A stretch of DNA of 64,000 nt, taken from Candidatus Hydrothermarchaeota archaeon. GTDB taxonomy: Archaea > CAYFZR01. A program made the position numbers and the translations under genes. Under the pieces are notes generated by a model. It had not been told where the DNA came from and searched no databases. It saw nothing but the letters and a program-made list of their open reading frames with translations. Shown here one piece after another: positions 19,236 through 28,535 of the stretch. The DNA is taken from the NCBI GenBank assembly GCA_046760505.1, contig JBHIEG010000010.1, forward strand, positions 163 through 64,162. The letters are read 5' to 3'. How positions within the stretch are numbered: position 1 is the stretch's first letter; each line of letters opens with the position of its first letter.

Positions 19236-19392
19236 CTTCAGATCAAGTCTTCATTAATATTATTCAGAGATCTTGAAGCAAAATCTAATAGTTACTCTAA
19301 AAGCTATTAATAGTCGATCTTAATCAAAAATAAGCTTTTAGATTCAAGAAAAACTTATATAGGTGTTGCATACAATTTTATTTGGTGATTAA

Positions 19393-19752
19393 ATGGAAAT
19401 GCGAACTCAATCTGGTTTGAAAATTACGATATTCGAGGAGGAGGGTTTGAAGGTGATATCATTCAACAAACCCATCAAGGCAACAGGTCTAACTAAAGAA
19501 GAATCTATCAGGCTTGGTACAATGCTCATGAGAGACGTTCAAACAGGCATTACAGCTGAGATAAGAAAGTTAATAAACGAAGGATTTTTTAAGCGAGAAA
19601 GAAGATTCGGTGAGATTAAGAAAGAGTTATTGAGTAGAGGTGTACCCGTAAAATCAGCCTCTCTGAACATAGTTCTAAACAAGATGGTAGAAAAGAATGA
19701 ACTTTTGAGGACAGGAGAGCCAAGATCTTACCTATACAGACAAAATTTTTGA
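19393..19752 (+). CDS. Hypothetical protein with C-terminal winged helix
   Basis: LINEGFF...RRFGEI...L..RG......SL...L..MVEKNEL.R......YLY. Confidence 0.65.
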   Translation: MEMRTQSGLKITIFEEEGLKVISFNKPIKATGLTKEESIRLGTMLMRDVQTGITAEIRKLINEGFFKRERRFGEIKKELLSRGVPVKSASLNIVLNKMVEKNELLRTGEPRSYLYRQNF

Positions 19753-19768
19753 AAGGGGTTGAGGTCAA

Positions 19769-20386
19769 ATGTTATCGAGGATTGCAAAAAAGTTGACCAA
19801 CCTATTCGTAAAAAAACCTATAAGAATAGGAATATACGGACCTCCAAACGCTGGAAAAACTACTCTCGCAAATAGAATTGCCAAAGATTGGACAGGAAAG
19901 GAAGTTGGCGAGGTATCAGTAATACCACACGAAACCAAGCACGTACAGAAGAAAGAGAGGATAGTCATAAAGGCTGGTGGAAAAGAACTCTTGATGAACA
20001 TATTGGACATGCCAGGCATCGATACCAAAGTTGATTATAGAAAATTCATGGAATACGGTCTTGATGAAAAAGAGGCGCAAGAAAGAGCAAGAGACGCAAC
20101 AAAAGGAGTCATAGAAGCAATTAAATGGCTAGACCATGTAGATGCAGTTCTAGCTGTCATGGACTCAGCAGATGATCCCTTCACCCAAGTAAACCTGACC
20201 CTGATAGGAAATCTCGAGGCAAGAGATATTCCCATAATCATCGTCGCAAACAAGACAGATCTTCCAAACGCAAATCCAGGACTCATAACTTCTACGTTTC
20301 CACAGCATAAGGTGGTGCCCATATCTGCTCTGAACGGAGAAAACCTAGATGCCTTATACGAGGCAATCGTTAAGTATTTGAGCTAA
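19769..20386 (+). CDS. oapA: Era-like GTPase OapA
   Basis: [43 protein letters not shown]. Confidence 0.85.
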   Translation: MLSRIAKKLTNLFVKKPIRIGIYGPPNAGKTTLANRIAKDWTGKEVGEVSVIPHETKHVQKKERIVIKAGGKELLMNILDMPGIDTKVDYRKFMEYGLDEKEAQERARDATKGVIEAIKWLDHVDAVLAVMDSADDPFTQVNLTLIGNLEARDIPIIIVANKTDLPNANPGLITSTFPQHKVVPISALNGENLDALYEAIVKYLS

Positions 20387-20398
20387 GGGGGTAATGAA

Positions 20399-20773
20399 TT
20401 GACCAAAGGAATCCAACTTGATTTTGTCTCATCGAAGGTTCTATCTGAAAAGACGACCATGGAAAAGATAGAATATATAATGGACCGCGTAAAGGTCGGT
20501 ACCATCGTTGTTTTGGAAGAAGGTCTGAATCCTGTAGAGGAGGCTGAATTGATCGAAACCACAATGAGAGAAATAGACATGGATAAGTTCCATGGTATAG
20601 AAGTATACAGAATTCAGGGACATGAGAAGACTAAGGGTATAAAGAGTATCTTTGGTTCCGTAATCGGAAAAAAGTCCAAGGGTCTAACCATAATAGGACC
20701 CACAAATTATGTTGAGGCGATAAAAAAAGAGCCTGATTTTCTCTCAATGCTAGCTAAACCAGGGGATTTGTAA
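20399..20773 (+). CDS. oapB: DUF2073 protein OapB
   Basis: MEKI..I.D.V..G.IVVLEEGL.P.EEA.LIETTM, LTIIGP. Confidence 0.85.
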   Translation: MTKGIQLDFVSSKVLSEKTTMEKIEYIMDRVKVGTIVVLEEGLNPVEEAELIETTMREIDMDKFHGIEVYRIQGHEKTKGIKSIFGSVIGKKSKGLTIIGPTNYVEAIKKEPDFLSMLAKPGDL

Positions 20774-21159
20774 TGCCACACATATGCATAAAATGCAAAA
20801 CAGAATATGAGGAAGGATCACCAAATCTTCTCTCTGGCTGTGTAAAATGTGGAAGCAGGTTCTTTGCCTTGGTAAGAACAGTTGAACAAGCCAGCGAGGA
20901 ACTGCAGGAAAAAGAGGTCAAGTTGCAAGATATGCCTAGTTCAGACAGATCTGAACTCGACGAAATACTAGGAGATAAAGACCTCAAAGAATTCTATGTC
21001 GAAACCATTCGGGTCATAGATCATGGAATATACGAAATAGACGTCGATGCCCTAATGAAAAAAGAGCCGATTATAGTAAAACAGGGTACTGTTTATTCGA
21101 TCAACTTTCCATCCATTTTTCTAACTTTGGAAAAAAAGAGTAAGGTCAAGAAAGCATAA
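20773..21159 (+). CDS. oapC: Zn-ribbon DUF2072 protein OapC
   Basis: MPHICIKC...GCVKCGSRFF, ETIRV...GIYEID. Confidence 0.85.
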   Translation: MPHICIKCKTEYEEGSPNLLSGCVKCGSRFFALVRTVEQASEELQEKEVKLQDMPSSDRSELDEILGDKDLKEFYVETIRVIDHGIYEIDVDALMKKEPIIVKQGTVYSINFPSIFLTLEKKSKVKKA

Positions 21160-21186
21160 TCAAATCAGATTTGAATGTTAAAATGT

Positions 21187-22701
21187 CTAATTCATTGAAG
21201 CCTCAACAAACCTTTTTTTTACAAAATTTTTTTCCAAAGATATTATAAAGGAACCTGCTTTGGGACCGCTTTTTTTCCCGATTAAAACCAGATAAATCGC
21301 CTGAAAGAGATGTTTAGGATCCATGTCGACTTCTTCCCTTGCTACTCTATAAATTTCGTTGTGCATTCCTACATCATCTAAATCCTTATCCAGAGATTCT
21401 GCAAGAATCTTAAGACCTTTTTTCTGTTTTTCGTCTAATTTGATATCCGGTAATTCCTCCTTGAGGTTAAACTTTATCCATTCAGGCGCATACGTATCGA
21501 CCCAATTTTTACAGTGAAAAAGCCTTTGTTTTATCAAATTCTCATCAAAATCATCCTTAATGTGTCCTGTCCTCCTTAAAATCCTTAAAATATAATCAAA
21601 ATCATCTGTTATTTGGGCAACCACTGACATAAATCTGTATGGAACAGCCATTATTTTTGACTTGTCCATGCCGCACAATTCGGCAAGTCTCCTCTCTTCC
21701 TCACTTGCCTCTCCGTAGTGATATTTCTTCCACAGGGAATCGAAGTTATCCATCAAGTCAGGTAGATCTTTTGGATCAAATTCAATGTGTTTGTTCGTTT
21801 TTGATCTTAAAATTAGGTATTTTAGGGCTTCTGGGGGGGCAACATCCAGCCAATCTTTGATTGAAAATACGATCCCCCTAGAACTCGACATGACGCCGAT
21901 TCCCTTCATATGGATCCATTCATAAACGACGGGATAAGGGGCTTCTCCCCCAAAAATCTCTTCTACTATCGCTTTTCCTGTCTCATAAGATCCTCCAGAG
22001 ACCGCATGGTCTTTTCCTAGGGGCTCACACGTCACACTTAGCATTTTCCACCTTGCAGGCCAATCTACTCTCCAAGGTAACTTTCCCTCTCCTCTTTTTA
22101 TGCTTGCGGTTCCTTCATGACCGTAGGTGCATTTGTATTCTATTTTATCATCCGCGAGCGATATTATTTTGGTCGAGGTAATTCTCTTGCAGGTCTGGCA
22201 CTGAGGCATGTATGGAAACCAATCTTCTGGAAGTTCTCTCCCGGTAAATTTAGTTAGAATATTCCTTAATTTTTCTGACTCCTCTAGGACTTTTCTTACG
22301 TAGGGGGCATATTTCCCTTTTTTATAGAGTTCATGGGCCAAAATGACCTTGGGATTTATGTTAAGCCGGTCTATCCCTTCTAAAAACGGATTTAGGAAAT
22401 GATGAATATAACTTTCACAGCATCCATATGGACAGGGAATCTCGCTTAGAGGGACGCCAACGTATCTTTCAAAATCGGGGGGTAAGAAGGGATATACTTT
22501 TCTCAGCGGATCGAAGGTGTCTGCTATATATATTAATTTTGAATCTTCTCCAAGCGCCCTGTGGATGGCATCTGCTGTTATTATTTCCCTCACATTGCCT
22601 ATGTGGATAGGGCCCGAAGGAGTTATACCTGTTGCTATGACGTGCTTTTCTTTTTTATCCCGGAGTTCTTTTGCAATTTTATCAGCCCAGTGGAGTATCA
22701 T
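21187..22701 (-). CDS. lysS: Class I lysyl-tRNA synthetase
   Basis: HWAD, GITPSGPIHIGN, KLPWRVDWPARW, GKDH, MSSSRG. Confidence 0.95.
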   Translation of the reverse strand: MILHWADKIAKELRDKKEKHVIATGITPSGPIHIGNVREIITADAIHRALGEDSKLIYIADTFDPLRKVYPFLPPDFERYVGVPLSEIPCPYGCCESYIHHFLNPFLEGIDRLNINPKVILAHELYKKGKYAPYVRKVLEESEKLRNILTKFTGRELPEDWFPYMPQCQTCKRITSTKIISLADDKIEYKCTYGHEGTASIKRGEGKLPWRVDWPARWKMLSVTCEPLGKDHAVSGGSYETGKAIVEEIFGGEAPYPVVYEWIHMKGIGVMSSSRGIVFSIKDWLDVAPPEALKYLILRSKTNKHIEFDPKDLPDLMDNFDSLWKKYHYGEASEEERRLAELCGMDKSKIMAVPYRFMSVVAQITDDFDYILRILRRTGHIKDDFDENLIKQRLFHCKNWVDTYAPEWIKFNLKEELPDIKLDEKQKKGLKILAESLDKDLDDVGMHNEIYRVAREEVDMDPKHLFQAIYLVLIGKKSGPKAGSFIISLEKNFVKKRFVEASMN

Positions 22702-23387
22702 TGGAACGCTCTCCTCCTCAAAGATACATCTCTATCAAGTATTTTCTTAAGGACTTCCTCAAAGGATTCTTCAGGAGATAGGGTCCTTTTCAGGTATACT
22801 CCGGTTCTTCCTATGATATCTCGCCTCCTCAAGACGTCTATTCTTTCCCTCACGATATCAACACTCACACCTATTTTCTTTGCTACTTCTGCTTCCCTTC
22901 CAAATACTGTGTATTCTATGTGTCCTTTTTCCGTTGGCTCTATCATCATCAATCTTTTATCCATTCCAGGTACTCTTTTTTTTTCTTTTATACCTTTTAG
23001 GTCTATTTGCCCCCCAAATAAATAAAACTCGTATTCAAGTCTCTTGGGTCTTACAAGGGGAAATGTGACAGTTGTATTATTATCAAGTATTATGTGTCCC
23101 TTTATCAGTTGCCAAGGGGTCGCCTGAACTATTTCTCTTCCCATGATATTTTCTTCTAGAGACAGTTCTATAATGTATGAGGGTGTTAAATTTGGTATAA
23201 AGATGTCCACATCGCTTTTAGAACTAACGTCGCCCCTTGCAACACTGCCATGAAGTATGCCGTATATAGAATTCTTTTTGAGATGCTCGAGAATTTCCCT
23301 TCCTCTTTTCCTTTTGTCTTCAAGAATCTTCCATCGTGCCTCATCATATGTTATCTCTCTAGTTTCTGGTTTATAAACAGGCTTCAT
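22698..23387 (-). CDS. Archaeal nucleotidyltransferase-domain protein
   Basis: HGSVARGDV...SDVD, QATP, RVPGMDKRL, GRTGV. Confidence 0.85.
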   Translation of the reverse strand: MKPVYKPETREITYDEARWKILEDKRKRGREILEHLKKNSIYGILHGSVARGDVSSKSDVDIFIPNLTPSYIIELSLEENIMGREIVQATPWQLIKGHIILDNNTTVTFPLVRPKRLEYEFYLFGGQIDLKGIKEKKRVPGMDKRLMMIEPTEKGHIEYTVFGREAEVAKKIGVSVDIVRERIDVLRRRDIIGRTGVYLKRTLSPEESFEEVLKKILDRDVSLRRRAFQ

Positions 23388-23917
23388 TCTGCTTCTACCC
23401 TATTTGGAGTAGCAAAAACGCTTCCCGATACATGGAGTAGGGTTTTTGCCCTATCTATGTCCAGAATTCCATCCTTGTAAAGATCTTCCCTTACATGCGC
23501 TTTCAAAACTCTTCCTATGATTACCATATGGTCTCCCGCTTCTTTCATCCACTCTAACTTGCACTCAAAACTTGCTATACAGTTTTTCAATCTTGGAGGT
23601 CTTACTTCATCGCTTTCTTCGATCTCTATGTTGAATTCCTTTAATTCGCTCCTTCCATAAGGCAATTTTTTCCCAGTCTGTTTAACCTGAGTCAGCATCT
23701 CCAATCCGGGAACATTTAGAACAAATTCCCCGTTTTCCTTTATGTTTCTGAGCGTATCGTGACCAAATTGACTTGCTATCGCTACCATGGGCGGATCGAT
23801 AGAAACCGGCATGACAAATGAAAAAGGCGCTGCATTGGAGTCTTTTCCATAGGTTGTTACTATAACCGTTAGTCTCGGGGCCAAAAATCTATATGCCTCT
23901 CTCAGACCAAGTTTCAT
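23384..23917 (-). CDS. Flavin reductase-like protein
   Basis: NAAPFS, DTLRNIKENGEFVLN, ECKL, GDH. Confidence 0.9.
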   Translation of the reverse strand: MKLGLREAYRFLAPRLTVIVTTYGKDSNAAPFSFVMPVSIDPPMVAIASQFGHDTLRNIKENGEFVLNVPGLEMLTQVKQTGKKLPYGRSELKEFNIEIEESDEVRPPRLKNCIASFECKLEWMKEAGDHMVIIGRVLKAHVREDLYKDGILDIDRAKTLLHVSGSVFATPNRVEAE

Positions 23918-23930
23918 GACCTCACCCCTT

Positions 23931-24242
23931 TTATTTGCTAGTTTCTTTATCTATCCACTCTAAGTAATCCTTTGATCCGGATGTTATTGACATGGATATT
24001 ATGCACGGAACTTTGTATGAATGAATTTCCTTTACCTTTTTCTCTATTTTTTCCAGGAGATTTTTCCTCGTTTTTATGAGTATACCGTATTCTTCATCTT
24101 CTGTAATCTTTCCTTCCCACCAATAAAGTGATTTTATTGGAAATATGTTTGCGCACGCAGCAAGTCTCTCGTTTAACAAAATCTCGCTTATCTTTTTTGC
24201 CTCTTCTTCCGAACTAGCTGTGATGTACACGGTAGAATACAT
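23931..24242 (-). CDS. cutA: Divalent-cation tolerance protein CutA
   Basis: RLAACANI, SLYWWEGK, HSYKVPCI. Confidence 0.95.
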   Translation of the reverse strand: MYSTVYITASSEEEAKKISEILLNERLAACANIFPIKSLYWWEGKITEDEEYGILIKTRKNLLEKIEKKVKEIHSYKVPCIISMSITSGSKDYLEWIDKETSK

Positions 24243-24311
24243 ATAAACCCAACCTTTAAATACTGTATATAATGAATAAAAGTTTCTTCACTTATAAATG
24301 GAGGTTGTCAT

Positions 24312-25577
24312 ATAGATCAAAGATACATAACCCTTGTAGCAATTCTCGCGTTAGGATGGTTTATAATACTCCTCTTAGAAAGGGCAGGAATCATTCATAG
24401 ATATGGAATGGAGAGGCTGGTAGGTCCGCTATACCTAAAGAGAACTACCCGTGGTTTGACTTTTATAGAAAACTTATCTAGATACAAGAAATTTTGGAGA
24501 ATTTTCGGAGAAATTGGCATCATAATAACTCTGGGCGCAGTAGGAGCATCTTTCCTACTATATCATCGTCTTAGCATGAAGAAATGGAATAAGATTTTAA
24601 TCACCCTTATTGTGGGTCTCACAATCGTGGGGCTCGCTCATTTAAAATTTAATCTCGCTACTGCAATAGGTGGGGCAATGGGACTCATATTTTTCTTGTT
24701 GGTCGAGACGGTAAGGATGGTATTGACATCCACCGAGCCTGTTGATGCGGTGCAGGTCCTGATTCCTGGGATTACAATACCATTCTGGTACGGTATTTTT
24801 GGCATAATGGTGTTAATAGTTGTTCACGAGCTTTCCCACGCAATAGTAGCGAGAACAGATGGAATTAGGATAAAAAGTTCGGGAATTATATTTTTCTCCC
24901 TGTTACCCATAGGGGCTTTTATAGAGCCAGATGAGGACGATTTAATGAATTCTAACAAGATATCAAGAATGAGGGTTTTCTCTGTCGGATCTCTTTCCAA
25001 CTTTATAGCCGCAGCAATAGCCACGACAGTATTCCTTAGTTTATTTCCAGTTTTAATGATTTCTACAGGTATAGAAGTAGCCGATGTAGTGAAGGGGAGT
25101 CCTGCCTATGGCGTGTTAGAAAAAGATATGGTGATAATGGAGATAAATGACATAAAAGTCAATGATTTAGATTCTTTCACGGAAATTATGAATAATGTTA
25201 AGCCTGGAGACGTATTAAAAATAAGAACAAATAAAGGAACAGTAACAATAAAGACAACGGAACACCCTCAAATAGAGGGGAGAGGATACATTGGTTTCTA
25301 CCCAAGAACTGCATATGAAGTTACTCCACACATCAGAGAAATTTTTGGTGATTTTCCAAAGATAGTAATTTATATATTTTATTGGGTAGGTATACTGAAC
25401 ATGGTAGTCGGTTTGATGAACCTTCTGCCGATAAAGATTCTGGATGGCGGTAGACTTTATGAGGAAATCGTTAACGAATTGTTTCCAAATCATGCAACTA
25501 TTATTATGCATGCAACTACAATGGTTGTTTTGTTTTTATTTGGTATACTCATTACTCCAAAACTAATATCCGGGTGA
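24312..25577 (+). CDS. Site-2 protease (M50) with PDZ domain; probable ATA start at 24312
   Basis: HELSH, GAFIEP, NLLPIKILDGG; the frame is open upstream of ATG 24408 through a TM helix to ATA after GGAGGT. Confidence 0.85.
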   Translation: MDQRYITLVAILALGWFIILLLERAGIIHRYGMERLVGPLYLKRTTRGLTFIENLSRYKKFWRIFGEIGIIITLGAVGASFLLYHRLSMKKWNKILITLIVGLTIVGLAHLKFNLATAIGGAMGLIFFLLVETVRMVLTSTEPVDAVQVLIPGITIPFWYGIFGIMVLIVVHELSHAIVARTDGIRIKSSGIIFFSLLPIGAFIEPDEDDLMNSNKISRMRVFSVGSLSNFIAAAIATTVFLSLFPVLMISTGIEVADVVKGSPAYGVLEKDMVIMEINDIKVNDLDSFTEIMNNVKPGDVLKIRTNKGTVTIKTTEHPQIEGRGYIGFYPRTAYEVTPHIREIFGDFPKIVIYIFYWVGILNMVVGLMNLLPIKILDGGRLYEEIVNELFPNHATIIMHATTMVVLFLFGILITPKLISG

Positions 25578-27085
25578 TAAACATAAAGAGGGGGAAAAGA
25601 ACCAAATCGCTCTGTCCCGAGTGCTTGAGGGTTATCGATGCAAGAGTATTTGAAAACGAAGGTCAAATAAAGATAGAGAAAACTTGCCTTGAGCATGGTA
25701 CGTTTGATGATATCTACTGGTCAGATTCCGGATTACTTCTCAAGCACATGAAGTATCTTAGAGATGGTACCAAGGTAAAGGATCCAATGACTGAAAGGAG
25801 GAAAGGGTGTCCGTATGACTGTGGATTGTGTCCTGAACATAAATCCCCCACCATACTGACAAATATTGATGTTACAAATAGATGCAACATGCGTTGCCCG
25901 ATATGTTTTGCCAATGCATCGGTTCAGGGGTATTTGTACGAGCCAACAAAGGATCAAATAGTAAACATGATGCTTACCGTGAGAAATGAAAGACCTATAC
26001 CCTGTTCGGTTTTACAGTTTAGTGGGGGAGAACCTACAGTTAGAGAAGATCTTCCGGAACTAATAAGGATTGCAAAAGAACTCGGTTTTTCCCAGGTTCA
26101 AATCGCGACAAATGGATTGAAATTGGCAAGAAGTGTCGAGTACGTAAAGAAATTGAAAAAGTCAGGTCTGAATACCGTATATTTACAGTTCGATGGAATA
26201 AATGAAAAACCCTATATTGAGGCAAGAGGATTTAACGCATTGCCGTTAAAACTTAGGGCAATAGAAAACTGCAGAAAGGCTGGACTTGACAGCATTGTTT
26301 TGGTTCCAACCCTTGTGAGGGGGGTGAATGACGACCAGATAGGAAGCCTAATTAACTTTTCTGTGAAAAATTCTGACGTGGTGAGATCATTAAATGTACA
26401 ACCAGTTTCATTTGCTGGTAGAATAAACAAAAATGAACTTAAGAAGATGAGAATAACGATTCCTGACTTCCTAAAACTCATAGAAGAGCAAACAAATGGA
26501 GCAATAACAAAGGAAGATTTTTATCCTGTGTCAGCGGTTGGAATTGTATCGGATTTCCTTGAGCTCTGGGAGAAAAACCCAGTTCCAGTGCCCTCATGCC
26601 ATCCTGCATGTGGTACTGCAACCTTTGTATTTGTAGACAACGGAAAATTGGTGCCTATTACAAGATTCATAGATGTTGAAGGATTTTTGGAACTTACTAA
26701 GGATATAATCGAAGAATCTGATACCAAAGGGAAAATAGGAAAGATAAGAGCCTTGGCAAAGCTTTCAACAGAATTCTTAAAACTGGTTGACTTCGATATC
26801 ATGCCAAAATCAAGCAATATTCCAAAGATCATAATGAAAATAATGAAGGAAGGCAACAAGGATGTTCTTGCCGAACTATTTGAAAGTACCCTATTCATCG
26901 GGTGCATGCATTTCCAAGACCTCTACAACATTGACAAAGAAAGAATTCAAAGGTGCGTTATCCATTATGCAGTTCCGGACGGTAGGGTTATTCCATTCTG
27001 TACCTACAATTTGTTGTACAGAGAAGAAGTTGAAAGAAGATTCTCTACTCCCTTGTATAATTCTGAATTTAGAAAAAATGATTAA
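25574..27085 (+). CDS. tes: Radical SAM tetraether lipid synthase (Tes/GDGT-MAS)
   Basis: SLCPEC..C..H, GCPYDCGLCPEH, CNMRCPICFA, CHPACG, RCVIHY..PDG..IPFC. Confidence 0.85.
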   Translation: MINIKRGKRTKSLCPECLRVIDARVFENEGQIKIEKTCLEHGTFDDIYWSDSGLLLKHMKYLRDGTKVKDPMTERRKGCPYDCGLCPEHKSPTILTNIDVTNRCNMRCPICFANASVQGYLYEPTKDQIVNMMLTVRNERPIPCSVLQFSGGEPTVREDLPELIRIAKELGFSQVQIATNGLKLARSVEYVKKLKKSGLNTVYLQFDGINEKPYIEARGFNALPLKLRAIENCRKAGLDSIVLVPTLVRGVNDDQIGSLINFSVKNSDVVRSLNVQPVSFAGRINKNELKKMRITIPDFLKLIEEQTNGAITKEDFYPVSAVGIVSDFLELWEKNPVPVPSCHPACGTATFVFVDNGKLVPITRFIDVEGFLELTKDIIEESDTKGKIGKIRALAKLSTEFLKLVDFDIMPKSSNIPKIIMKIMKEGNKDVLAELFESTLFIGCMHFQDLYNIDKERIQRCVIHYAVPDGRVIPFCTYNLLYREEVERRFSTPLYNSEFRKND

Positions 27086-27173
27086 AAAAATATTTGAGAG
27101 AAGACTAGAAAGATTGGAATCAAGAATTAATTCTTTGGAGAAGTTAGCAAAGAGAAGAGAAACAAAAAAGTGA
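27078..27173 (+). CDS. Putative 31-aa coiled-coil small protein
   Basis: MIKKIFERRLERLESRINSLEKLAKRRETKK; start overlaps the end of tes. Confidence 0.35.
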   Translation: MIKKIFERRLERLESRINSLEKLAKRRETKK

Positions 27174-27250
27174 TTAAATTCAAAGCGATAGATTTTAGTA
27201 CTTAATGTTAAATTCATTTAACCACTCGGTAAGGAAACTGACGTGGTCTC

Positions 27251-27958
27251 ATGAGTTGGAGATCTTTGGTTTTCGGCAAGCCGCAGGACAAAGAGATCTT
27301 GGATCGAATACAAAAACATATGAAAATGGTGGAGAAAGCGGTTGAAGAATTAAAAAATGTTGTAGATGTTTTTTGCGATGAAGATTTTGATAAAATGGGG
27401 GAAATGATTGAAAAAGTAAACATTGCTGAAGCCGAAGCAGACGATCTAAGGCGAGAAATCGAATCATTACTCCGGGAAGGAAAAACCCAAACAGACATTC
27501 GAGAAAACCTGTTTAAACTCATAGAAAGGCTAGACGAAGTTGCAGACGCAGCAAAAACTGCAGTGAGAATGTTTCAGGTTAGAGAGAAAAGTCTTCACTC
27601 TATGTGTATCGTATTTTCAGAGAGATGTATTGAAATCTCCAAAGAACTAAAGAGTAGACTCCTATCTTTGGTTGATTCTGTTCTTGAGACAGTAAAGACG
27701 TTAAGAGAGAGTATAAACTATATGAATACGGATATGCATCAAGCAGCCTTCATGGCAAGAGAAGTTGACCGGAAAGAAGAAGAAGTTGATGAAATCGAGC
27801 ATGAAACGCTAAAAATGCTGCTTCATGCTGAAGGGGAATTGGACGTGCTCTCTATCATTCAGCTTCGTGAGATCATCTCTCAAATAGGAAATGTGGCAGA
27901 TAAAGCGGAAGACGCATCCGACATAGTATCAATTATAGCCGTAAGATACACCGATTGA
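27251..27958 (+). CDS. DUF47 / TIGR00153 PhoU-like protein
   Basis: EAEADDLRREI, LDEVAD, EEEVDEIE, IGNVADKAEDASD. Confidence 0.85.
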   Translation: MSWRSLVFGKPQDKEILDRIQKHMKMVEKAVEELKNVVDVFCDEDFDKMGEMIEKVNIAEAEADDLRREIESLLREGKTQTDIRENLFKLIERLDEVADAAKTAVRMFQVREKSLHSMCIVFSERCIEISKELKSRLLSLVDSVLETVKTLRESINYMNTDMHQAAFMAREVDRKEEEVDEIEHETLKMLLHAEGELDVLSIIQLREIISQIGNVADKAEDASDIVSIIAVRYTD

Positions 27959-28062
27959 TCTCAGTTTTCAAAACTTACTCAAACCACAAAATAATTTTTT
28001 GACCCGCCTTTTCATGACAAGATTTATATTCAAAGAGGAACCAAAACTAATGAATATAGGTA

Positions 28063-28506
28063 ATGTTCATGGAAGACTACATCCAAGTTAAAGTCTATGG
28101 CGTGTTTCCTGCAGGATCGGTCAATGAGCCTGCTCCAGTTGTCCTGCTGGAAGATAATCATGAGCGTTTTCTCCCAATATTCGTGGGTATACCGGAGGCA
28201 GTGGCTATTCAATCAGCCTTAGAGGGTATAACATCTCCTAGACCTACAACTCATGAATTATTCGTTTCCGTGCTTGATGAAATAGGTTCTGGAATCAAAC
28301 GTATCTTGATAGACGATATCAACGAGGGCATATACTTCGCTAGGTTGACCATCGAGGTAAATGGCATAACAAAAGAGGTAGATGCAAGACCCAGCGATTG
28401 TATTGCTCTCGCTCTGAGAGTCAATGCTCCTATATATGTTTCGGAAAATGTTATGGAAGAGGCATCCATCGACAAGGATAAGATATTCATCGGAGAGCCT
28501 GAGTAA
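28063..28506 (+). CDS. DUF151 bifunctional nuclease family protein
   Basis: LPIFVG.PEA.AI, RPTTHEL, DARPSDCIALALR. Confidence 0.9.
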   Translation: MFMEDYIQVKVYGVFPAGSVNEPAPVVLLEDNHERFLPIFVGIPEAVAIQSALEGITSPRPTTHELFVSVLDEIGSGIKRILIDDINEGIYFARLTIEVNGITKEVDARPSDCIALALRVNAPIYVSENVMEEASIDKDKIFIGEPE

Positions 28507-28535
28507 TAAATTGCTTCGGTTTTGGGGGCAATTAG

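Noticed and set aside
19177-21159. Replication origin beside oapABC
   Set aside because: No cdc6/orc1 gene and no recognisable ORB elements with a G-string
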